From a virus (lineage: Duplodnaviria > Caudoviricetes): 37,867 nt of DNA. The notes beneath the pieces are model-generated. The model was not told the DNA's origin. It saw nothing but the letters and a program-made list of their open reading frames with translations, and did no database searches. Where the stretch lies: positions 1 through 37,867 of IMG/VR virus record IMGVR_UViG_3300022307_000007. One strand, written 5' to 3'. The stretch's first letter is position 1; the number at the start of each line of letters is the position of its first letter. This document shows positions 8,555-17,400 of the stretch, piece by piece. The position numbers were made by a program, and so were the translations under genes.

Positions 8555-8663
8555 CATACCAGAGTCAACAGTTAGCCGCTGGAATAAAAAAGGCTTTCAT
8601 CGCTCAACCGAGCGTATTATTTTGTTGCTTATTAACCAGATTGAGCGGGGTAAAAATGGGTGA
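8490..8663 (+). CDS. Small HTH transcriptional regulator (Cro/CI N-domain-like)
   Basis: TNRELAILLDIPESTVSRW helix-turn-helix. Confidence 0.75.
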   Translation: MIKKIKSALGCRTNRELAILLDIPESTVSRWNKKGFHRSTERIILLLINQIERGKNG

Positions 8664-8907
8664 AGAATGGTCAACTTTTATGGACGGATCAGATTGTCAT
8701 GAATGCCAATGTTATGAAAAAGAAGAGAAAAGGCTGAAAGAAAGAATAAGAGAGCTTGAAGCCGTGCAAATCAACTTTCCTCAAATATTTTATGCTGTGC
8801 GATGGTTATGTGAGAATATCAATACCGAACTTGTAGATACTTCGGACAGTAAAGAAATAAAAGAACTTGCTGACAGATGTCATGCTGAATATTTGAAAGA
8901 AACTTAA
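8656..8907 (+). CDS. Hypothetical protein
   Basis: ATG overlaps the HTH stop region; CHECQC plus coiled coil. Confidence 0.5.
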   Translation: MGEEWSTFMDGSDCHECQCYEKEEKRLKERIRELEAVQINFPQIFYAVRWLCENINTELVDTSDSKEIKELADRCHAEYLKET

Positions 8908-8920
8908 AAAAAGAGGCACA

Positions 8921-9229
8921 ATGCAAGAAAAAATCGACGGAACGTTTGGTGAAATTTTACCTCTTGGAGAGATATTCAAAAGATTTAAGGATGAAAATTT
9001 CATTAAAGAAACCAGGTCAATCCATTTCGGCACGATTGATGAGCTTGAAAGTGTAAAAGTTAAAAGTAACGATGAATGGATAACTAAAAAACTTGATGAA
9101 CTATCAAACAGAATTGATGAACTATCAAACAGAATTGATGCTATTGAGAACAAAGGCAATCCTTCGGTGATTTGGAAGCCAACAAAAAGTCAGATCAAGA
9201 AAATCTTAGCGAGGTGTAAAAAAATATGA
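8921..9229 (+). CDS. Hypothetical coiled-coil protein
   Basis: AGAGG RBS; stop overlaps the helicase start (ATGA). Confidence 0.6.
   Translation: MQEKIDGTFGEILPLGEIFKRFKDENFIKETRSIHFGTIDELESVKVKSNDEWITKKLDELSNRIDELSNRIDAIENKGNPSVIWKPTKSQIKKILARCKKI
9093..9140 (+). repeat. 21-bp tandem duplication (one heptad, DELSNRI)
   Basis: TTGATGAACTATCAAACAGAA twice plus a partial copy. Confidence 0.9.
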
Positions 9230-10959
9230 ATCTAAGCCAGGAACAAATCAAAGCCGTTTTAACAGACTCCAAAAACGCTTTGATTCTGGCCGGTGCCGGG
9301 TCTGGAAAGACTCGCGTGCTGGTCAGTAGAGTCAATCACCTGCTAGAAAATTGCAACGTAAGCCCTTACGAGATTATGTGCGCTACTTTTACGAGAAAAG
9401 CCGGTTCTGAGATGACTGAGCGTTTGGAAAAACTAGCAGGTTCTAAATCGCATAATGTCACAATCGGAACCCTTCATTCCGTGGCATTGCGAATGATCCA
9501 GAGATTTGGAGAATTTATAGGCTTAAATCCGGGTAAAATTACCGTCTATTCCAGTTGGGAAGAGGGTTTTTTGTTGAAAGATATATGCAAAGAACTCGGA
9601 TATTACAACGGGAAAACTTTCAAGCAGATCAAAAAAACCGAAATTGATGAAGCGTTCAACCTCTGGTATACACGAAAACAAAGGAACGATAGGGATCAGA
9701 TCGTTAACGAAATCATGGATGCTTTTTTTATGAGATGTCGTGAAAACAACGCTCTGACATACGGCATGATCATGACCTCGTTTCTTGATCTACTTCCGAG
9801 AATTGGCCACTTGTTGAATTTTAAACATATCCTGGTTGATGAGGTTCAAGATCTAGATCCGTTACAATGGAGAATTATTCGTTTAATCTGTGCCATTTGT
9901 CACGCTTCATTGTTTGCAGTAGGAGATGATAGTCAGTCCATATATGGTTTCCGTGGTGCAGATCCGGAATATCTGATCAGGAACCAAGACAAGTTCGATA
10001 TCTATAAGCTCAAGGATAACTACAGGTCAGACGGCTACATCGTTGAGGCTGCAAACCGTTTGATCCGACACAATGTTAATCGGCTAGAGCTGGAAATGAA
10101 CCCGATTAGAAAAAAAGAAAATTCATACACAATTATTCCAAATATGGATTCGCAAACAATTGTAGATGATTTAATGAAAATGCCTGTTGATTATAACGGC
10201 AATATGGCTGTTCTTGGTCGCAACCATTTCCTTCTCGAAAAACTTTCAACACTTCTCACTCAGTCTGGTATCGATCACGATTACATTGGCAAAAAAACCG
10301 CTTTCACACGTAGTGAAAACTTCAGGCGTGTCCATTCTCTTCTGAATATTGCCGTTAATCCGTTCGATAATTTCAGTTTCATGCTGGCACTCGATTATTT
10401 TTATATTTCCAGGGAGCAATACAAAGCGATTAGAATGCAAGCGGTACGGCAGAATAAAAGCCACTTCCAGGTATGGACGGAGAATAAGCACAATGGAGAA
10501 ATGACGGAATACATCGAGGCTGTTAGAAAAGAATCATTTCTTGACGTTATTGAATGGATGTTGGGCGTCGATTACGGTTTTGAATGTTCCGATGTTTTTG
10601 ACTTCATTGACAGCTATATTGAAAGCCATCACAACCCATCGATTCGGGAATATCTGGATTGGTTAGCACTCTTCGACGTCCAGGACGAAATATCAGCAGA
10701 GCCAAAGAAACTGCAATTAATGACAATCCATGCATCAAAAGGGCTTGAATTTGACATGGTGATCATTGCCGGAATGAATGAGGGAATCTTGCCTTCATAT
10801 CGAGCCAATAAAGACCCGAAAGAGCTTGAAAGCGAACGTAGGCTTGCATATGTGGCTTATACACGGGCAAAGGATTTCTTGATCTTGACATCACGCCCGG
10901 TTGATCCTGAAGCAAGAATGCCCTGTCCTCCATCGCGTTTTATTGGGGAATCGATATGA
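9226..10959 (+). CDS. uvrD: UvrD/PcrA/Rep-family SF1A helicase
   Basis: AGAGSGKT, TFTRKA, VDEVQD, VGDDSQSIYGFRGA, NYRS, TIHASKGLEF, ERRLAYVAYTRAK. Confidence 0.95.
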   Translation: MNLSQEQIKAVLTDSKNALILAGAGSGKTRVLVSRVNHLLENCNVSPYEIMCATFTRKAGSEMTERLEKLAGSKSHNVTIGTLHSVALRMIQRFGEFIGLNPGKITVYSSWEEGFLLKDICKELGYYNGKTFKQIKKTEIDEAFNLWYTRKQRNDRDQIVNEIMDAFFMRCRENNALTYGMIMTSFLDLLPRIGHLLNFKHILVDEVQDLDPLQWRIIRLICAICHASLFAVGDDSQSIYGFRGADPEYLIRNQDKFDIYKLKDNYRSDGYIVEAANRLIRHNVNRLELEMNPIRKKENSYTIIPNMDSQTIVDDLMKMPVDYNGNMAVLGRNHFLLEKLSTLLTQSGIDHDYIGKKTAFTRSENFRRVHSLLNIAVNPFDNFSFMLALDYFYISREQYKAIRMQAVRQNKSHFQVWTENKHNGEMTEYIEAVRKESFLDVIEWMLGVDYGFECSDVFDFIDSYIESHHNPSIREYLDWLALFDVQDEISAEPKKLQLMTIHASKGLEFDMVIIAGMNEGILPSYRANKDPKELESERRLAYVAYTRAKDFLILTSRPVDPEARMPCPPSRFIGESI

Positions 10960-11111
10960 AATGCCCAAAGTGTGACGCTGAAATGATTATCGATGAATGG
11001 GGAGGTTGGATTTGGACCTGTTTCCATTGTGATTATACAGGAAGGGAGGCAACAGACTTAGAGATTGAAGAACTCGAAAAAGATATTAAAGAATCTGACA
11101 TTCCTTATTAA
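10956..11111 (+). CDS. Small zinc-ribbon protein (51 aa, MKCPKC...CFHC)
   Basis: Read manually; ATGA overlap with the helicase stop; two CxxC motifs. Confidence 0.65.
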   Translation: MKCPKCDAEMIIDEWGGWIWTCFHCDYTGREATDLEIEELEKDIKESDIPY

Positions 11112-11196
11112 AAATTCGGATTAAAGTTGTTGACAGCTATTTTTTTGCCTGATAATAACAAGGAAACAAATAAAGTTAATTTTTACAAGGTTTAAA

Positions 11197-11388
11197 ATGA
11201 TAATAACTAAGAAAAACGCTAGCAAAGTCCTGCTAGAGTACAGAATGGAAAAAAATATCACTCAGCTTGAAATAGCAAAAAAGGCTGATATATCTCTTCC
11301 AACTCTATCAGGAATCGAAAGCGGAAGGCTAACACCGCAAACGATGACTATTTTTAAGCTACAGAAATATTTTGATTCAATTGGATGA
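11197..11388 (+). CDS. XRE-family HTH regulator
   Basis: ITQLEIAKKADISLPTLSGIESGR; TTGACA at 11130 upstream. Confidence 0.85.
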   Translation: MIITKKNASKVLLEYRMEKNITQLEIAKKADISLPTLSGIESGRLTPQTMTIFKLQKYFDSIG

Positions 11389-12221
11389 CTATGAGATGGT
11401 TTAAACACCTTACTCAAGCATCCGAAGACGAAAAACTTGCCGAGATACTTGAGCTGCATGGGGCTGAAGGGTACGGGGTTTACTGGCTTATTCTTGAAAA
11501 AATAGCCTTTTTAATGGATGGCACTGATAAGACTTCTGCGAGGTATTCCATAAAAAAATGGGCAAAGTTTTGTGGAAAAAGTCCGAAAATACTTAGAAAG
11601 TTTCTAGAAACTTTCCAGAAACTTTCTCTGTTTAATATAGAAATTTGTGAGAATAATTCAGATTTTTTGGTAATTGAATGTCGTAAGTTGTTGAAATATA
11701 GGGACGAGTACTCAAAAAAGTCCGGACAAACTCCGGACAATGACCGGACAAACTCCGGAGAGACTCCGGACCAAGAGACAGAGACAGAGACAGAGACAGA
11801 TACAGAGACAGATACAGAGACAGATACAGATAGTAATTTGGAAGAAATTAACAATCATCAAAATGAAAGCACAGACCCACCGGTTAAAAAAAGTAGAAAG
11901 GCTTCAAAAAAACCAAAAACTGACCCTCCATCCTTTGATGAAATACAATCTTTTATTGAAAATTTGTCAGATGCAACAAAATCGCTTTGCAAAGAAAAAG
12001 GAATTGGTCAATTAAAATTCAAGCAACTTGCAGAATCTTGTTTTGATCATTTTAGGGGCAAGGGAGAACAAAAAGCTGACTGGCAGGCAACTGTAAGAAA
12101 CTGGATCAGGAACGATGAGAAGTTTAATAAAAAATCATCAACGGATAATGGAAGTTCAATCTCTGACAGCATGAACCAGGAATCAGAACTTACTTCACAA
12201 AGCACAAAGGAAATATTATGA
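11385..12221 (+). CDS. Phage replication initiator / replisome organiser
   Basis: N-terminal RWFKH...GAEGYGVYWLILE; internal iterons; C-terminal DWQATVRNW; directly upstream of DnaB. Confidence 0.8.
   Translation: MTMRWFKHLTQASEDEKLAEILELHGAEGYGVYWLILEKIAFLMDGTDKTSARYSIKKWAKFCGKSPKILRKFLETFQKLSLFNIEICENNSDFLVIECRKLLKYRDEYSKKSGQTPDNDRTNSGETPDQETETETETDTETDTETDTDSNLEEINNHQNESTDPPVKKSRKASKKPKTDPPSFDEIQSFIENLSDATKSLCKEKGIGQLKFKQLAESCFDHFRGKGEQKADWQATVRNWIRNDEKFNKKSSTDNGSSISDSMNQESELTSQSTKEIL
11721..11832 (+). repeat. Probable replication origin: five CCGGA(C/G) iteron-like units followed by (GAGACA/GATACA)n
   Basis: TCCGGACA AAC TCCGGACA ATG ACCGGACA AAC TCCGGAGA GAC TCCGGACC with an 11-bp period inside the initiator gene, as for lambdoid origins. 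Confidence 0.7.
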
Positions 12222-13573
12222 ATGCAGAAAATAAAAAGATTCTAACAATACCGCACGATTTTGAAGGGGAACAAGCTGTTATTGGGGCAATTATTTACGA
12301 TAATAAGCTTCTTTCAAAAGTATCAGGAATTCTTACTCCTGATTCATTTCACGTGGAAGGACACCGGCATATTTTCAGGGCAATGCTTGAACTTGTAGCA
12401 GCAAACCGGCCAATAGATGTCGTTATTTTAGGTGATCAGTTGAAAGTCATTGGAAAACTTGAGGAAATTGGAGGTTATGTTTATTTGCTAGAGATTGAAA
12501 ATAAAACTCCTGTTTCTGGAAATATTTTATACTATGCCAAGGTGATTCAAGAACATGCGGTCATGAGGAACCTTATCTCAGAATTCACGGACATAGCAAT
12601 AAAAGCAAGAGACCCAAAACAAAGCGTTAGAGATCTTTTAATAGAAGCCGACACGGTTCTGACACGTATTTCAACAGCAAACAAAACAAATTCAACAGTT
12701 AATATTGGTGATTCAATTATTGATCTAACAAGAAAACTCGAGGAAAGAGACAAATCAGGAGCGATCATTTCAGGAATTCCGACATGTTACGAAGAACTAG
12801 ATAAATTGATTTCCGGTCTTTGTTCCCCTGATCTTATCACAATAGCGGCCGATTCAGGACAGGGTAAAACAACATTTGCACTTAACATCGTTGAAAATAT
12901 TTACACGCTTACCCATGAAACCAAAGCAACTATCATTTTTTCTAGGGAAATGTCTCATGTTCAATTAGCAGGTAGAATGCTTGCAAGTATCGGAAAGTTT
13001 GATTCAAGGAAAACAAGAACCGGGAAACTGAGTCAAGGCGATTGGGACAAAATAACATATGCGAGTAATAGACTCGGACAAAAGCCTATCTATTTCAATG
13101 ATAAAATTAGAGATTTTGATGAAGCTACTTTCGAGGTTAAAAGGCTTCGCAAAGAAGTTGAAATAGGACTTGTTGTATTTGATTACTTGCAATTGTTTTC
13201 TGCAAAAAATTCAGGAAATAGAGAAAGAGAGATTGCATACATGTCCAATTCAGCAAAAGACTTAGCAATTCAGCTTGATATTCCAGTTATTCAATTATCA
13301 CAGCTTAACAGGGGTGTGAAAAATAGAGAGGACAACAAACCACAGCTTTCAGATTTGCGTGAATCAGGAGCAATTGAACATGATTCTGACATAATTCTTT
13401 TCGTCTACCGACCGGAAGAATACAAGCCAAATATACAGGACCTAAAAGGAAAAGCCTGGATAAGAGCCGAAAAAGTTAGATGTGGACCTAAAGGAACTAT
13501 TCCGATGAATTTCATTGGCTGGTGTAATCGATTTGAATCATCAACTGATGGAAACGAACAATCAAGATTTTAA
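12218..13573 (+). CDS. dnaB: Replicative DNA helicase DnaB
   Basis: PH..EGEQAVIG, ADSGQGKT, FSREMS, FDYLQL, LSQLNR, DLRESGAIEHDSD. Confidence 0.95.
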   Translation: MNAENKKILTIPHDFEGEQAVIGAIIYDNKLLSKVSGILTPDSFHVEGHRHIFRAMLELVAANRPIDVVILGDQLKVIGKLEEIGGYVYLLEIENKTPVSGNILYYAKVIQEHAVMRNLISEFTDIAIKARDPKQSVRDLLIEADTVLTRISTANKTNSTVNIGDSIIDLTRKLEERDKSGAIISGIPTCYEELDKLISGLCSPDLITIAADSGQGKTTFALNIVENIYTLTHETKATIIFSREMSHVQLAGRMLASIGKFDSRKTRTGKLSQGDWDKITYASNRLGQKPIYFNDKIRDFDEATFEVKRLRKEVEIGLVVFDYLQLFSAKNSGNREREIAYMSNSAKDLAIQLDIPVIQLSQLNRGVKNREDNKPQLSDLRESGAIEHDSDIILFVYRPEEYKPNIQDLKGKAWIRAEKVRCGPKGTIPMNFIGWCNRFESSTDGNEQSRF

Positions 13574-13659
13574 CAAATGGGTGTGATTAGCAAGGCGGGG
13601 CGAGACAATGACTTATGTCCACTCCTAGCCCTGCTTTGCTCTCTTTAAAAAAGGAAAAC

Positions 13660-14073
13660 ATGATATTATCATTTAAAAAGAAGTTCCCTTGGGGGACTGA
13701 AACAAATTTTCATCGAAAGATTGTTTTCGATAAAACAAAAATACATTCAATCCGGGAAGATAAGTCGGGGAGATGGAAAACCGGACGATTGATTCACATG
13801 GCTCACGGTGTCAGAACTAAGTTTTACCATTGTTTTTATAAAGACTATTGTGTTTCTATTCAAAAAATAAAGATAACTCATTTTGATGTTAGAAAATATA
13901 AAAATACCTCTTCTGTAAGAATATGGATTGATGAAAAGCTATTTTATGACGTTTCTCAAGATATTGAAAAACTTGCAAAAAACGATGGCTTCGATTCAGT
14001 TGAAGACTTTTTCAAATGGTTCGATGAGGACTTTAAGGGCAAGATAATTCATTGGACCGACTTTCGTTATTAA
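13660..14073 (+). CDS. ASCH/PUA-like phage protein
   Basis: KIHSIR...G..IH and LAKNDGFDSVEDFFKWF; AAGGA RBS before 13660. Confidence 0.55.
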   Translation: MILSFKKKFPWGTETNFHRKIVFDKTKIHSIREDKSGRWKTGRLIHMAHGVRTKFYHCFYKDYCVSIQKIKITHFDVRKYKNTSSVRIWIDEKLFYDVSQDIEKLAKNDGFDSVEDFFKWFDEDFKGKIIHWTDFRY

Positions 14074-14092
14074 CCTTTTTTAAAAGGAATTT

Positions 14093-14731
14093 ATGATTTT
14101 AGATCGTTTATTAGTGGCCGATATGATAAAATTCATTGAGCCGGTTATACCTTCGCAAACTGGAAATGGAAAAAACTGTTTGTTTGTCAGGCACGAGGAT
14201 GGGAAGTTGATTTGCACGGGCGGTAATGATTTCGCCACAAAAAAAGTTGTTCTGATCGGGGAAAATACCATTGAGCAATCTGGGAACGCCAAGAAAAAAG
14301 GCGCACTTCCAACCACGTTCATGATTCCAAGGCCAGAATTGCTGGCATTCAAGGCCATGATGGAAGAACACAAGGTTTATTGTAAAAAAATGGCTAAGAA
14401 TGATCCGAGCTATATGCATGTTGAGATAACAGATAACGAATTGATTTCTCATGATGGTTGCATCCCTTACGCACAACCAAAGATTGAATTTAAAAACCTG
14501 GAAATATTTTTTCAGATCAAAAAGGAAGCCATTTCCGAATTGACGGCAATGTCCTCTGATTTTTCTGCCTGTCTAACCGGATTCAAAAAGTCCAAAGAGG
14601 TTGAAATTACATTCTCAGGACCACAAAGACCGGTTCATTTTATCCAAGGTGATTATGAAGCCGTCATGCTTCCACCGACTGAAAAGATTAAGGAACAAGA
14701 AGGCGATCAGATTGAAATCGATGAGGACTAG
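14093..14731 (+). CDS. Hypothetical protein resembling two domains of the DNA Pol III beta clamp
   Basis: C-terminal VEITFSGPQRPVHF...YEAVMLP and N-terminal GKLICTGGNDF echo DnaN domain 2-3 patterns. Confidence 0.45.
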   Translation: MILDRLLVADMIKFIEPVIPSQTGNGKNCLFVRHEDGKLICTGGNDFATKKVVLIGENTIEQSGNAKKKGALPTTFMIPRPELLAFKAMMEEHKVYCKKMAKNDPSYMHVEITDNELISHDGCIPYAQPKIEFKNLEIFFQIKKEAISELTAMSSDFSACLTGFKKSKEVEITFSGPQRPVHFIQGDYEAVMLPPTEKIKEQEGDQIEIDED

Positions 14732-15200
14732 ATTGACATTTGATGACCTGCTTAAAAGCGGGTCATGCTCTGAAACTTTCGCCGTTGAAGTCAGACGAGG
14801 CAAGCCGAGAGTGATCCGAAAGAAAGATAAGCAGACTGTTGAAAGTTTCGAGCTGTACAAAAATGAAACTGAATTAAAAAAAGCGGCTGCAGATCTTCTT
14901 TCAAGAGTTCCCAGGTGTGAATTGTTCAAAACAGACAATGGAGCTTTAAGGGTTCGCGGTGGTATCCGGGTTAGAAGTAGGGAACCTGGAATGACAGATC
15001 AACACTTGTGTGTCATGGGGCTTTTTGTAGCACTTGAGGCAAAAATGCCCGGGAAAGATCTTGACCCAAAATTGAAACAGCCTGAATACCGCGATAAGGT
15101 TCACAGGGGCGAAGGTATTCATATCACGTATCATTCACTTGCAGAACTGGTTCAAGAGATGAAAAGGCACAGGCTTTTACCAAAAGGTTTTAAAATATGA
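14721..15200 (+). CDS. VRR-NUC domain nuclease / resolvase
   Basis: ETEL...PGMTD...FVALEAKMPG...Q, a PD-(D/E)xK pattern. Confidence 0.75.
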   Translation: MRTRLTFDDLLKSGSCSETFAVEVRRGKPRVIRKKDKQTVESFELYKNETELKKAAADLLSRVPRCELFKTDNGALRVRGGIRVRSREPGMTDQHLCVMGLFVALEAKMPGKDLDPKLKQPEYRDKVHRGEGIHITYHSLAELVQEMKRHRLLPKGFKI

Positions 15201-15541
15201 AAATACAAGATTGTGATATTAGAACCCAAGACCTCTTAGTTGACGGAAATAAAAGCACTTTATTTGTCGTGCTATATAATCAAGATATAATAGCATCTTG
15301 CATGTTTTTTACCCCGTTCACTGGATCTGCATATGGGCAGGATTTCTTTGTTTCCGAAAGTTACCGATTAAATGGGGTTGCTAAAATGCTTTTATATGCA
15401 GTCTACGACAAGATGCTAGAAAAAGGGTGTAGCAGAATTGAAGGATTTTGCGTTGAAGAAAACCTTAATTTTTGGGATAAAGTTGGTTGGGCTGTAGAAT
15501 ACGAAACAGAAGACGGATTTCAAATTTATAAAATTCTTTAA
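15197..15541 (+). CDS. GNAT-family acetyltransferase
   Basis: FVSESYRLNGVAKMLL (acetyl-CoA motif A) and NLNFWDKVGW. Confidence 0.7.
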   Translation: MKIQDCDIRTQDLLVDGNKSTLFVVLYNQDIIASCMFFTPFTGSAYGQDFFVSESYRLNGVAKMLLYAVYDKMLEKGCSRIEGFCVEENLNFWDKVGWAVEYETEDGFQIYKIL

Positions 15542-15552
15542 AAGGAACAAAA

Positions 15553-15934
15553 TTGCTTGAATCCCAAAAGTTAGAAAAAACAGACATTGATTTTATATCC
15601 TCATCAATCGAAAGCTTGACCGATCATAACCTAACCCTATTGGTTTCGGAGTGGGCTGAGAAAAACAGGGTATTGCCTAAAGAACTATCAGCAAAATACG
15701 GTCCATGGTCGAATGACTATACGCGTTATCTTGTAAAAATCATGGATGCGCTTTCGCAGCTTTCGCCAACTCGGAAAGTAGCATTGATGAAAGGTGCCCA
15801 GGTTGGAGCAACAACCGGAATTCTTGAAAACTGGATCGGGTGGTTTTCTACTATCATACGGTGCTAAGAGCCCGGCAAAAATGCGGCAAATGTCGTTTAG
15901 AAATGAAGCGGCAGACGAGTTTGAAAGCTGGCCG
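15553..15934 (+). pseudogene. Relic of a lambda gpA-type terminase large subunit (internally deleted, frameshifted, truncated)
   Basis: VSEWAEKNR.L...GPW...Y...IMDALS...MKGAQVGAT...WIG, then in the +1 frame GGFL..GAKSPAKMRQMSFR...DEFESWP. Confidence 0.8.
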
Positions 15935-16144
15935 GACCTGAAACTTGCCCTTGAGATCGAGGGTGGAACGTTCGGGGAAAAAGGAGCGCACCGGGGAAGT
16001 ATCGGCGGGTATCTTCAAGACAAAGAAAAGTACAACAATTATTCGATCCAAGGTTGGTCATTACTCAGATTCACACCTCAAGAAATGGAAACCTGTGAGG
16101 CTTACGACATTTTAAGAGAATGGTTTAAAAACCGATCATTTTGA
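15929..16144 (+). pseudogene. C-terminal part of a DUF559/Vsr-like endonuclease fused to the terminase relic
   Basis: WPDLKLALEIEGG...H...GY..DKEKYN....GWSLLRFT; the N-terminal part with the first catalytic Asp is missing. Confidence 0.65.
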
Positions 16145-16207
16145 CGATTGCCTTTTTTTGGTTTACTATTCAGGAAAGCGCAAAAAACAACTAAAAAACG
16201 GGTAAAA

Positions 16208-16654
16208 ATGCCAAAAAAGAAGCCTCAAGTGTTTTATAAAGTGACCAATGAAGTACTTAAGACCGTTGAGAAAATGGCCGCAAAAGGGTTTTATAATACT
16301 GAAATTGCAAGGTCTTTAGATTGGGGCATGGATGTTTTTTATGATCGAGTCAAAAGCAATGCCGATTTTGCCGACGCTCTAAAACGTGGGAACGAAAAGG
16401 ATATCCGGGTAACTCTCAACGCCAAGGCCAAAAAGATCAGAGGATACAAATACAAGGAAGTCACCAGGGAGTACAACAAAAAAACCAAGAAAATGGAAAT
16501 CACGAAAGAAGTCATCAAACAGCATGCCCCTTCTGACACAATGATCATCTTTGACCTTGTGAACAAAGATCCTGATAATTACAAGCACAAGCAGGAACAG
16601 ATTCATACCGGTACGATCATTATCAAGACAGACAAAGACGATGATAAACTATGA
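16208..16654 (+). CDS. terS: Terminase small subunit
   Basis: HTH-like NTEIARSL...FADALKRG, GY.Y.E..., PSDTMIIF.L.N..P..YK; upstream of TerL. Confidence 0.75.
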   Translation: MPKKKPQVFYKVTNEVLKTVEKMAAKGFYNTEIARSLDWGMDVFYDRVKSNADFADALKRGNEKDIRVTLNAKAKKIRGYKYKEVTREYNKKTKKMEITKEVIKQHAPSDTMIIFDLVNKDPDNYKHKQEQIHTGTIIIKTDKDDDKL

Positions 16655-17400
16655 TTGAACTTTATCAAGGTGATTGCCTACATATAATGCAGGGTATTGA
16701 ATCAGGATCGATTGATTTAATATTGACCGATCCTCCTTATGGAACCACGGCCTGCAAATGGGATACGATTATTCCACTTGAGCCAATGTGGGAGCAACTG
16801 AAAAGGATTATAAAGCCGAATGGGGCAATTGTTTTGTTTGGTTCTCAGCCGTTTACCGCTGCTCTTATAATGTCAAACCATAAACATTTTTGTTATCAAT
16901 GGATTTGGAATCAATCGCGGTCAACTGGGCATCTCAACGCTTATAAAATGCCAATGAGAAAACATCAGGATATAAATGTTTTTTCAAAATCAGGAAAACT
17001 TCCGCTTTATTTTCCTGTAATTACAGAAAAGAAAAAAGAAAATATAAGACCACAAACGAGAAGAACAAAACTGTCTGAATGTTATGGTAACCATGGTTTA
17101 GATAGAGAAAAACATGCAAAAATAAAAATTAATCAAACTGTACCAAAATCAGTTATCAATTTTAATAATGATCAATTTGGACAACATCCAACACAAAAAC
17201 CAGTCCCACTAATGGAATACCTAATAAAGACATATACCAACGAAGGCGAAACTGTTCTTGATTTTACAATGGGATCTGGCACAACTGGTATAGCCTGCAA
17301 AAATCTAAACCGCAACTTCATAGGAATAGAAAAAAACCCTCAATACTTCAAGATTGCAAGAAAAAGAATCAAATCCGCTGAGCATCAACTAACATTTTAA
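16651..17400 (+). CDS. DNA methyltransferase, N6-adenine/N4-cytosine (beta class)
   Basis: GDCL, TDPPY, HPTQKP, LDFTMGSGTTG. Confidence 0.93.
   Translation: MIELYQGDCLHIMQGIESGSIDLILTDPPYGTTACKWDTIIPLEPMWEQLKRIIKPNGAIVLFGSQPFTAALIMSNHKHFCYQWIWNQSRSTGHLNAYKMPMRKHQDINVFSKSGKLPLYFPVITEKKKENIRPQTRRTKLSECYGNHGLDREKHAKIKINQTVPKSVINFNNDQFGQHPTQKPVPLMEYLIKTYTNEGETVLDFTMGSGTTGIACKNLNRNFIGIEKNPQYFKIARKRIKSAEHQLTF

Noticed and set aside
5997-10959. Gabija-like defence system (ABC ATPase plus UvrD)
   Set aside because: No TOPRIM nuclease domain, the genes are not adjacent, and the coiled-coil/CxxC layout is Rad50-like.
11775-11832. Phase-variable microsatellite
   Set aside because: The hexamer unit keeps the frame and encodes an ET/DT linker typical of phage initiators.
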